The notes under the pieces are model-generated. The model saw only the letters and a program-made list of their open reading frames with translations. It did no database searches and was not told the DNA's origin. 64,000 nt of DNA. It comes from Felis catus. Lineage: Eukaryota. The translations under genes were made by a program, and so were the position numbers. Positions 53,225 to 64,000 of the stretch are shown here, piece by piece. Position 1 is the stretch's first letter; the number at the start of each line of letters is the position of its first letter. The stretch spans positions 11,656,001-11,720,000 of the forward strand of contig NC_058368.1 in NCBI RefSeq assembly GCF_018350175.1, written 5' to 3'.

Positions 53225-54803
53225 CTACCAAAAAAGAAAAGGATTTAATTCTTTAGGGTAACAAAGTAAAGATTCTAAATTATATTTTACAAATAAACAC
53301 TAAAAGATATACCTCATTCACACACATTTTGGACAAAAAAAATTTATACTGGCTCTCAAAAATTTTAACAATATTTTAAAAATACTGAAAGACACCATAA
53401 ATCACAACAAAATGTTAAAAGATAGTATCTTCTTCACACAGAACTAACTACCAATTTGCTGAACCATGGAGTTAATCTCCCCCTGGCTTCTAATAACAAA
53501 TCAAAGATTATAAGACAGTGTTTTGGGAATTATAGAGGAATTGAGTGGACTTCTAGGACTTACAAAAGTCATATGAATATTTATCACTTTTTAAGTTATT
53601 TTAGGACACTTCCTACTGTATTTTTAGAATTTATTATCAACACCAAATTATTATTAGAGATAAAACAACTTGGACGTATTTTACAAAACAAAATGTTGAG
53701 TGACAGAAATTAGACACAATGAATATACATTGTATTTTATTTATATAAAATTTGAAAAAAGCATTAAACCATGGTGTTAGGCAAAAGATGTTTTAGAAAA
53801 AGATGCATTAAAAAAAAAAAGAAAAGAATAAGATGCATTAAAGAAAGGGAAGTAATTACCAGGAAATTGTTACTAGGAAAAGGAATTGGAAGAACTTTTG
53901 AGGTGTTAATAATATTCTTATAATGTGGCTAAGGTTAAATGAATATTTACCTCACAGGAAATTTGTTAAGTTGTATATTTACATTTTACATAATTTTGTG
54001 AGTTTAATTACGACAACAAAAAGTGGTTTAAAAATTACTCTTGACCCTCAAAAAACTTTTAACATTTTACCCTTGTAGTTTTCTGTAACTTGACTTGGAT
54101 ATGGCAAAACACACAAGAATATATTTTACATTTAAGATTATAGTTCTAGATTTACTAATGTTAATTAATTTTTCTCAGAAAAGGGACACAAAGGAAATGT
54201 TTATGCTTTAAAACTATTGCTATTATGGTCAAGATGAGAAGAGAAAGCAAAAAGGACTAGAAGACAAAAAAAAGGGCCAGGGGAAGGATGAGGTTGAAAT
54301 GGCAAGATATAACTAAATCCACAAGATGTCAGAATTGGTAATTCAATCAACTTACCAAAAAAAATCTGTCAAACTATACTAGACATCAATTAAGCTCACT
54401 TTATTTTATAAAGTCAATTATATTAAGAATTCTAATAAATTTCAACAGTCCCTCAAATGTTAATGAAGCCTAACTGTATTTGTATTTCATCAATTCTTTT
54501 ATTCTGCATAACCCAAACAGCTTTAGTTCTTAAACTTGTCTCTTCTACTTGAGGTGAAATATACACAGAGAAGCAAGCAAACAATACTGAATATTAATAA
54601 ATCTATCAGTTTTATCTACATATGATCACAGTATGCAAATCAGAAAGGGAAAGGGGTAACCAAATGAATAAAAGGTAAGGGGAAAAGAAATTAGTTGAAC
54701 ATCATACAGAATAATAGCGTTAAGCTGGAAGAGGGCAAGCTGAAGTGGGGGAAAAAAAACTGGTTTTTAAAAAGGAAGCGATGGCTGCACAACTCTGAAT
54801 ATA

Positions 54804-55125
54804 CAGTTGACCCTTGAACAACACAGGTTTGAATTGTGCAGATCCACGTACATATGGCTTTTCAGTAAATACAGTGCAGTACTGTAAGTGTACTTTCTCT
54901 TCCTTATGACTTTCTTAGTAACACTTTAATATATATAACATACAAAATAGGTGTTAATTAGGTGTTTATGTTACCGGTAAGGCAGCAGGCTATAAGTAGT
55001 TTGGGGGGGCGGGGGGGGAATCAAAAGTCATTATCAAAAATGGAATCAAAATTCCATTATCTGTGGATTTTCAACTACACCAGGGGTCAGCACCTCTATC
55101 CCTTTCATTGTTCAAGAGTCCACTG
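54804..55125. mobile_element. Tigger2-like non-autonomous DNA transposon nested in an L1 3'-end fragment
   Basis: TIRs cagttgacccttgaacaa / ttgttcaagagtccactg (2 mismatches), preceded by TA. Flanks rejoin as L1M 3' sequence. Confidence 0.85.
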
Positions 55126-55309
55126 CACTGAGAACCATGAATTGTACACTTTTAATATGTAAATTGTAAGGTATGTGAATTATATTTCGAAGTTGTTACC
55201 AAAAGCAGAGAGAGGAAATAAAAAACAAAGAAAGAAAAAGAGTCATAGGAAAACCAGTGACATGAGGGGAGAGAGATTAAGGTAAACACAAATGGAAGGC
55301 CAGGGTTGA

Positions 55310-55656
55310 AATCCACAATCCCTCACCACAAATTTTGAAACTGACAATGCTCTGAAAACTCAGTCTTATGTTGACTCAGATGGCAGCAAAATCTAATCAA
55401 ACCTGTACTCATCTGGCAGTACAACAAACATTAGATTATGCAGAACCTTTCTTATCTAATTACAGGACTAGTCATGATTTGCCACAGAAAAATTAAGATC
55501 TGTGATTATGACATGCTGCCCCAAACTCTGCTAAGCGTATGATGATTGCATATACGCACTGTATCACCTTTCTTGAAAAAACAAACAAAAATAACCAAAA
55601 CCTGAATTCTAAAACATACTGATTACAAGGACCTTGGTTATAGGATTATGAATCTG
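55310..55656. mobile_element. Tigger4/MER46-like fossil
   Basis: tccacaatccct...gctctgaaaac start; ataggattatgaatctg|ta end. Confidence 0.5.
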
Positions 55657-56099
55657 TAGTAGTAAAGATGGAAAAGAGAGAGCAAGCCGAAAACCCCAGG
55701 TAAAAAGGTGATGGGAGCTAAAATGGGAAGAGAAGTCTGAAGGGTAGTGCAGATAAGCGGCCTCACTAAACACCAGAGGAAAAGTTCTAACTTTTTCTTG
55801 AAAGTATTCTGGATCTCCACTAGCATTCAATAAACTATGAAACAGTGGTAGGAATTCACATAAGAAAAAGTAACACACTTAACAAGGCAAATTTAATAAA
55901 ATCTACCAAGGGAAGGTGCCCCAAGAAGCCTTGAAGTCAATGCTTCTCTTAACAGAAAGTGAGTAGTCCCTATTCACAAGCAGCAAACATAAGACAAGCA
56001 AAAGCTAGTGAAGCAATTGTGTAAAGAAGAAAGAAAAAAGAGAAAGATTCAAAAAATGTTTTCAAAGATAAGGATTCAAAAACAATTTGAGTGCCTTAC

Positions 56100-56176
56100 T
56101 TTTCTAATTCTTCAGGATCAAATTTCCACCAAGTTTCAGGTTCATGAAACTCTACTCTGTATCCTTTTCCTATGGC
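56100..56176 (-). CDS. N4BP2L2: N4BP2L2 coding exon, 77 nt
   Basis: Acceptor ttcctttgtgtag, donor AA|gtaagg. Encodes AIGKGYRVEFHEPETWWKFDPEELE(K). Phase 0 to 2. Confidence 0.95.
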
Positions 56177-56567
56177 CTACACAAAGGAAAGGAAGAAAAC
56201 AAAAACCCAGAGAATACTTCTTAAAGTAAAAAAGAAGGCAGATAATTAGGAGTTTCATTTAGACAATACTTCTAAATTTGCTCTACCAAGAAAAATTCTA
56301 CTTTTAAATAACATGGTCTATAAATATACTAAGACAACTTAACTGGACAATTTCAAATTACTATCCTCAAGTCCAGGCAAAACTAACAAGATGAACATAT
56401 TTCTTTATAAGTACTATTCCCAGGTTTTAAAAACTAAGTAAATGAATACACCTCTTTATAAAATAGGGACAAATGTGTATATAATACATATCAAAGCAAC
56501 CAAAATTTCAGAATATGAAAAAACTGACAGGATAAAATATTAAAATTCTCTCATATCTTATATTTAC

Positions 56568-56656
56568 CATTTCCACATATGGTTTCATTTCCCAAGCTTG
56601 TGTATTAGTGTTGTCTATTATAACTGGAGATCTCCCTTGATTGATAGCTTGTTTTG
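56568..56656 (-). CDS. N4BP2L2: N4BP2L2 coding exon, 89 nt
   Basis: Acceptor ttttatttcag, donor ATG|gtaaat. Encodes (A)[29 protein letters not shown] with the family IIDNTN motif. In frame with both neighbours; absent from the ORF track. Confidence 0.95.
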
Positions 56657-57271
56657 CTGAAATAAAAAATAAATTTAAAAAACAAAAACAAAAACCAGAG
56701 AACTATTAGGTTAAAATATACAAAATAAAATGTAAACATTCATATTAAGAAATTTTCTATATCTCTGTACTTAAAACTAAAATTATGCAACCTCCTGAGT
56801 CAGTGCCATGAAAAAAAAGGACTCCACATTTATTAAAAGGGAATTGAGAGACATAACCACGGACAATGTGTATTCTCTAGACTGGATACTGGTTTTGACA
56901 AACTAACGGTAAAGAACATTTGGGGGAAACATTTTGTTGAACTTACAGATAAGGAAGCCTTCAGTCTAGAGCTAACTTTCATGTAGAGGAAACACTGAAT
57001 ACAGTCTGACTATGAAAAGAGGTGAACATTTACTGACATGGCAAGATGAAAACTGGTAACTAAAAATGGCAAATTATAACATAATATGTAAGTATGACTT
57101 TATTTTGGTCAAAATACAGAGATCCTGGGAGAGTTACTAAATATCAAAAGTGGGCATCTGAGGATAACGGGAATATAAGCAATATATGCTTACCTTTATC
57201 TGTATTTCCCAGTGTTCTATAATTACAAATAATACCTTTGAAATAAGAAACTTAGGGTTTTGTTTTTGGGG

Positions 57272-57498
57272 TTTTTTTAATTTTTTTTTCAACTTTTTTT
57301 TTTATTTATTTTTGGGACAGAGAGAGACAGAGCATGAACGGGGGAGGGGCAGAGAGAGAGGGAGACACAGAATCGGAAACAGGCTCCAGGCTCTGAGCCA
57401 TCAGCCCAGAGCCTGACGCAGGGCTTGAACTCACGGACCGCCAGATCGTGACCTGGCTGAAGTCGGACGCCTAACCGACTGCGCCACCCAGGCGCCCC
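57272..57498 (-). mobile_element. Young felid Can-SINE
   Basis: Reverse head aaccgactgcgccacccaggcgcccc. Confidence 0.95.
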
Positions 57499-57657
57499 TG
57501 TTTTTTTTTTTTTTTAAAGAATGCTATGGATATATTATTACTTGCCAGCAAAACTTTATATACCAAGTAGCTAAATACCAGTTAACTGACTTTGTAAATA
57601 TTTCTTAGGACTAGAATTCTCGAATTAGGAGCTGAGATCACATGGAACTTTTCTAAA

Positions 57658-57888
57658 AAAAAAAAAAAAAAAATTTTTTTTTTTCCAACGTTTATTTATT
57701 TTTGGGACAGAGAGAGACAGAGCATGAACGGGGGAGGGGCAGAGAAAGAGGGAGACACAGAATCGGAAACAGGCTCCAGGCTCTGAGCCATCAGCCCAGA
57801 GCCTGACGCGGGGCTCGAACTCACGGACCGCGAGATCGTGACCTGGCTGAAGTCGGGCGCTCAACCGACTGCGCCACCCAGGCGCCCC
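57658..57888 (-). mobile_element. Young felid Can-SINE
   Basis: TSD cacatggaacttttctaaa. Confidence 0.95.
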
Positions 57889-58716
57889 CACATGGAACTT
57901 TTCTAAACTACATCTCCCCATCCCTTTGCCATCTCTTCCCCATGAGGTAAGAATCACAGCCACAGTGAGCCACTGTTAATGACAAGAGTGTGCATACCCC
58001 AAGTGTAAACAGACAAGAAACGTAATTAAGAACCTACAATAAAATTTAAAAGGCTGAGGCAAAAGGCAGTGGTATGGAAGTTTTGTTGGTGCTTAGAATT
58101 CAAAACATTAAGTTCTACATGATGAAAACATTTATACAGATGTCTAAGGACAAACAATTCCAAAGGTTAAGTAGTAATGACTGTCGTGGAATACATATTT
58201 GGAAGATGTCTCTAACTAACAAAAGAAATTTTGAATTTGGGTCATAAATAGCCTACCAAAATGCTATCATCTCCCATTGCTCTATCCCGAATCATAAACA
58301 GTGATCAAATCTTTCATTAAAAAAAAAAAAAAACTTACTAATTATCTTAAATGTCTAATAGTAAGGCTATCACCTCCAAGGAGTTACATTCCAGAAGAGG
58401 AACTTAATAACCAAATTAAATCTCTGATTTCAAGAATGGGAAGATTATCCTCTTTCAATGAAAAGGCATCATGTAATACCACATTTCAGTACACCCCAGG
58501 AAAAAAGTTCCTAAGTAAACAATGTTTGAATACCCAAATAATGAGAGTCATTTCTTAAACAAAATAACCACCATATTTTAAGAAACAGTAATGACACCTT
58601 GGAGACGTTTTTAATTTACAGACAATCTAACATGAATTTAGAGTCTTCTAATAACACACACATGAAGCAGACAGATATTCCCAGAATGGTACCTGGCATT
58701 TAAAAGTATTCAATAA

Positions 58717-59154
58717 GGGGGTGCCTGGGTGGCTCAGTCGGTTAAGGGTCTGACTCTTAACTTCAGCTCAGGTCATGATTTCATGGTTCATGGACTTGGG
58801 CCCCACACTGGGCTCTGTGCTACAGTGCTACAGCATAGAGCCTGCTTGGGATTCTCTCTCCCTCTCTCTCTGCCCCTCCCACCTCTCTTTCTCTCTCAAA
58901 ATGAATAAACATTAAAAAAAAAAAAAGTATTCAATAGGGGTGCCTGGGTGGCTCAGTCAGTTAACCCTTCGGCTCAGGCCATGATCTCATGAGCCCCGCG
59001 TGAGCCCCGCATCAGGCTCTCTGTGCACAGCCTGCTTCAGATTCTCTGTCTCTGTCTCTCTCTCTCTGCCCCTTCCCCATACATGCACAGGCTCTCAGTC
59101 AGTGTTCTCACTCCTTGCTAAGTGCCTGGAGCCTGCTTGTGATTCATTCATTCA

Positions 59155-59252
<98 letters not shown>

Positions 59253-59268
59253 TAAACTTAAAAAAATA
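58717..59268 (+). mobile_element. Two tandem Can-SINEs (58717-58922, 58937-59268); the second is rearranged and carries (ttca)n(ct)n(ca)n
   Basis: Two heads; target aaaagtattcaata present three times (third copy has one mismatch). Confidence 0.9.
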
Positions 59269-60302
59269 AAAATATTCAATAAACATCTGTTAAAAAGAGA
59301 AATTTAGTCCTAAGTTAAGTCATGACTGTTAGTTATCATTACCTTGAAAACATTTATGTTATACTGATAATAAAACCAGCACTTTATCTAAGCACTATTC
59401 TTTGTTCAGCAAGTATAACTCACATGACATAAACATTTTAATGTAATATTCTAGACCAGTACTACAAAGAGAAAAAGATGTTCCACACAAATTTCACAGT
59501 CCACCAAAGGTATACTGGCTTCATTAAAGAAAATGTTTCAGTAAGGAAACAATTCACTATTGGATAAAACCATTAGATATAAGGTTGATGGAGAACTTGA
59601 TTATGGAGTAGACTGCCCTTTTGAAGCTACTAATCAATCTTAGCATCACTAAAATTGGGACAACTAGACATATGGTTACATACATACATACATACATACA
59701 TAAACCTAACAAATCCTCCTGTCTAGAACTAACCTCTATTTAAATACAGGAGAAAGAACAGGTTAAATAGTTACCACAAGGAAGCAGACAACTACAAAAT
59801 ATGGGACATTCTGTAGAACAAATAACCAAGCTCTACAACAAATTAATGTTATGAAGACAAAAAGAAGGGATAAAAGAGGATACAGATTAACATAATTAAA
59901 TGAAACATAAAACCAAATGTATTGCGAGGAACTAGCTTGTACCCTGATTCAAAGAGAACAACCGTAAAGAAATACTTACGACAACAGGGAAAATTTCATT
60001 ACAGGGTGAGTATTACATGATGTCAAGAAATTGTTTTTTTAAGTGTGATGATGGCATTGCAATTAAGTAAGATGCCATTAAGAAAAAGTTAATTTGAAGT
60101 GCATAAAATATGATATCTGCAATATACTTTAAAAACCTTAGCAAATAAAAGTTGGTGGGGGGGGGGGTGGGTAAAACAAAAAGGATAAAGCCAATAAAGG
60201 CAAAATCTCAATAACTAATAATAATTCTGAGTGATGGATGTATGGTGTTCATTGTAATCTCTCTACTCTAGGCTTAAATTTTTCATAATAAAAAACAATT
60301 TG

Positions 60303-60500
60303 TGGGGCACCTGGGTGCTCAACCAGTTGAGTGTCGGACCCTTGATTTTGGCTCAGGTCATGAATTCATGGTTCATGCGACGGAACTTTGCATCAGGCTC
60401 CATGCTGACAGTGTGGAGCCTGCTTGGGATTTTCTCTCTCTTTCTCTCTCTTCCCCTCCCTCTCCTGCTCACTCTCTCTAAATAAACTTAAAAAAAATAA
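60303..60500 (+). mobile_element. Can-SINE
   Basis: ggggcacctgggtgctcaaccag head. Confidence 0.88.
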
Positions 60501-60783
60501 AAATAGAAATAATGTTGAATCATCAATGCATTCTTCATCTTTTTAAAAAGAAATTAACTTATAACGTAAGCACTTACTAGTTCTAGATCAAAAGTTTTCA
60601 ATCTTGACTGCAACATCAGTCAAGTTGACTGCAACATCTGATGACTGCAACATCAGACAACTTTCTAGTTATCTGGTATCTAGCATCGGGATACCAGTGC
60701 TCAGATCCACTCCAGGCCAACTAAACCACAATCTGTGGAGCTAACATTAACTTACAAGTTTTTTTTTTTTTAAGTCCCCAGGA

Positions 60784-60990
60784 GGGGTGCCTGGGTGGCT
60801 CAGTCAGTTAAGCTTCTGACTCTTGATTTTGGCTCAGGTTCATGGGATCAAGCCCCTCTTCGAGCTCTGTACGGATAGTGCACAGCCTGCTTGGGATTCT
60901 CTCTCTCCCTCTCCATCTGCCCACCCTCTCCCCCAGCTCACATGTGCACACACATTCCCTCTCTCTCTCAAGATAAACTTTACAAATAAA
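60784..60990 (+). mobile_element. Can-SINE
   Basis: ggggtgcctgggtggctcagtcagttaagc head. Confidence 0.9.
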
Positions 60991-61508
60991 AATATGTGTG
61001 CCTATGTTATGAACCACCAATCTAGAAAGAGAAAAAACTGACTCATGTGCTTCTAAAAAATGTATTAAGTAGATTTTTTTTTGTAGAATAATGTCAATGT
61101 GAAAAACTTTTAATATTCAAAGGTATTATATGAAGACTTAACATTACCATTATTCATAGAAAAATACTTTTTGGGAATATACAACAGTTTCAAGAGTTCT
61201 TTGAAATTTATTCCTTAGGTATAAAATAAAGGTTATCAAAATAACCCGCATCTCTATTTTGCCAGCCTATACTGGTACACTATTTACAGTTTACAAAATA
61301 TACCTTTCTAAATTCTCTAATTTCTTAACAACCTTGATCAAGTAAGGCAAATATAACTATCATTGCCTTTAACAGATGAAAAAATTGGGTCTCGAAGCTA
61401 TTTAATGGCTTGCCAAAGTCATTCTGCTGGTAAAAGTCAAGTTGAGAATAAAAACTCAGTCTTCTCCTAGTCAAATATTCCATCCCAAAGACGTGGCCCA
61501 AAACAAAC

Positions 61509-61633
61509 CTCTGTTCTGGTTCCAGTCATGGGCATCACCAAGTTGATTAACATTATACCTGTACCCATCTTGATGGTGAAAATAGTCATCAGTGCTGAAC
61601 ACAATGCCATCACGACTCTGACCAAGCAGAATT
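61509..61633 (-). CDS. N4BP2L2: N4BP2L2 coding exon, 125 nt (P-loop kinase-like domain)
   Basis: Acceptor ttcttttattaacag, donor AG|gtttgt. Encodes (R)ILLGQSRDGIVFSTDDYFHHQDGYRYNVNQLGDAHDWNQNR, matching the recalled N4BP2L2 segment just after Walker A. Phase 2 to 1. Confidence 0.95.
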
Positions 61634-62634
61634 CTGTTAATAAAAGAAATCATAAGGTGCCATTTATAAAATTTATAACCATCAAAAATAAGCCACACAG
61701 GAATGAATCTCTGGTACTTACTTGTAAATATATAGCAAACATAATAGCACGGGAGCAGATTTCAGATTTCAAACATCACTTCACACTTAAATCTATACAA
61801 TTACAACCAGTAACGTTTGTAGGTGGCATTTGTATCACCACTTTTAAAAACATTCTTCAACCAATCCCCAAATTATGTTAACTATTATCCATGTTTTAAC
61901 TTTAGTGTGAACTTATATTTATAGTTTCTAAAATTGCCTAAATTTAGTGCAATAAGTAACCTAAAAGGCAAATAAGCCTAAGCAATTCATCTGAGGAAAA
62001 CTTTATTTGACCTAAGATAGCTTTGATAAACTCATTTCCACAAGGCACAAATACATACGACCTAAAAGTGGAAGTCAGAAATAGCTTGAGGCTTAAGGTT
62101 GTGAAATAACATGCAATCCTCCAAAGTATAATCAAACTTTAAATCTGCTAAGAGATTAAATTATAAATGAAGTCAATTACTAAGCACTAAATAAAAAACA
62201 CACTCTTCAAATAAGTCAATGATAATCAAACTTTGTTCTCACAATATGATACTACCTTAAATTTCTAGGCACAGTGAGATTAACTAGTGTTCAGATTGTC
62301 GGAGAATTCCCCAAACCAGTGACTCATGAATTAAACTGGGGCGGGGGGTGCTGAGAAAAGGTAAAAAACAGTGAATATAATTTGGATCCAACAATAATAG
62401 AAGTATTTTTTTGTTGTTGTTTCTCTCCTCCCTCTCAGCCATTAGGCAAGTGGATATCATTTTATAATTTTTTTAGATGGGAAGAGAGTGGAAAGTGGTG
62501 GAAGGGATTGAAAATAAGAGTATTGTCATGGGATGATTCAAGAACACATACCTCCAAATCAAAGGAATAGGAAGGACTCCAACTATTAAGACAAACCTAT
62601 CCCTCCTTTCCTCAGCTTATTGTAAACCTGTAAA

Positions 62635-64000
62635 CAGGCATACCTCAGAGATATTGCAGGTTCAGTTCTACACCACAATAAAGGAAGTCAAATTAATTTT
62701 TTGGTTTCCCAGGGCATATAAAAGTTATTACTAAAAAAACAATACATATATATATACATATATATATACCTTAATTCAAAAATATTTTATTGCTAAAAAA
62801 TGCTAACCATCATCTGAGCTTTCAGTGAGTTGTAATCTTTTTTGCTGGTGGAGGGTCTTGCCTCAATCTTGATAGCTGCTACTGATCAGGATGGTGGTGG
62901 CTGAAGGCTGAGTGGCTGTGGCAATTCTCTAAAACTGGACAATTTTGTATTGTATCGACTCTTCCTTTTGTAAACAATTTCTCTGTAACGTGATGCTGTT
63001 TGATAGCATTTTACTCACAACAGAACTTCTGTGAAAATCAGATTTAATCCACTCAAAACCTGCCACTGCTTTAACAATTAAGTTTATGGAATATTCTAAA
63101 TCTTTTGTTGTCATTTCAACAATGTTCACAGCATCTTCACTAATGGACTTCATCTTAACAAACCACTTTCTTTGCTGTCCATAATAAGAAACACCTCATC
63201 TGTTAAAGTTTTATCATGAGATTGCAGCAATTCAATTACATCTTCAGGCTCCACTTCTCATTCTCTTGCTCTTTCTACCACATCTGCAGTTGACTTCTCC
63301 ACTGAAGTCTTAAATCCAAAGTTATCCATGAGGGTTGGAATCAACTTCTAAATTCCTCTTCATATAGATATTTTGACCCCATGAATCATGAATATTCTTA
63401 AGGGCATCTAGAATGGTGAATCCTTTCCAGGAGGTTTTCAATTTACTTTCAACTTACTTTGATCAAAGAATCACTATTTTTGGCAACTACAGCCTTACAA
63501 GATGTATTTCTTTTTTTTTTTTTTTCAACGTTTTTATTTATTTTGGGGACAGAGAGAGACAGAGCATGAACGGGGGAGGGGCAGAGAGAGAGGGAGACAC
63601 AGAATCGGAAACAGGCTCCAGGCTCTGAGCCATCAGCCCAGAGCCTGACGCGGGGCTCGAACTCACGGACCGCGAGATCGTGACTTGGCTGAAGTCGGAC
63701 GCTTAACCGACTGCGCCACCCAGGCGCCCCTGTATTTCTTAATAATAAGACTTGAAAGTCAAAATTACTCCTTGATTCACAGGCTGAAGGATGAATGTTG
63801 TGGTAGCAGGCATGAAAACAACATTAATCCTATTCTACATCTCCACTAAAGCTCTTGGGTAACCAGGTATACAGTCAGTGAGCAGTAATAATTTCAAAAG
63901 AATCTTTGTTTCTGAGCCATAGATCTCAACAGTGGGCTTCTAATATTCAGTAAACCATGTTGTAAACAAACATGCTGTCATCCATGCTGTCTGCTCAGGC
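62635..64000 (-). mobile_element. Tigger1 DNA transposon (3' part, decayed transposase), continues beyond the window
   Basis: Terminus caggcatacctcagagatattgcaggtt; ORF 62929-63153 gives [29 protein letters not shown], resembling the Tigger1 transposase C-terminus. Confidence 0.9.
63513..63730 (-). mobile_element. Young felid Can-SINE inserted in Tigger1
   Basis: TSD tgtatttctt; CpG-intact body. Confidence 0.95.

Noticed and set aside
60605..60654. Three copies of tgactgcaacatc with short spacers, superficially array-like
   Set aside because: Spacers are only 3-8 nt; local slippage at a probable MER5-type fossil, not a CRISPR array.
61528..61881. 117-aa plus-strand ORF
   Set aside because: Antisense overlap of an exon and AT-rich intron; no recognisable product.
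1..64000. True tRNA/rRNA genes, CRISPR or prokaryote-like operon
   Set aside because: tRNA-like boxes occur only as Can-SINE heads; there is no gene-dense or compositionally foreign segment.

Overview
Mammalian genomic DNA, almost certainly from a felid: it carries many tRNA-derived Can-SINEs, including near-identical young cat-type copies. The window holds the 3' part of N4BP2L2 on the minus strand. I reconstructed seven coding exons with canonical GT-AG sites and compatible phases. Four exons (61509-61633, 56568-56656, 56100-56176, 53023/53078-53224) encode the part of the N4BP2-type P-loop/polynucleotide-kinase-like domain after Walker A; Walker A lies upstream, outside the window. The 53.0-53.2 kb exon is composite. 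It either reads to a stop at 53023 (short isoform) or uses an internal donor after 53078 and splices across a ~45 kb intron to a 1754-nt exon (5859-7612) and two small exons (3167-3252, 2143-2166). The rest is intron/UTR with about 30 Can-SINEs, old L1s, L2/MIR, a two-LTR MaLR element and Tigger/hAT fossils. The most interesting observation: the four kinase-domain exons total 438 nt, start and end in the same phase, and would form a stop-free circular ORF if back-spliced. They are bracketed by an inverted pair of near-identical young SINEs. I see no prokaryotic system, CRISPR array or foreign insert. Gene and repeat family names are recognised from memory, not from database searches.
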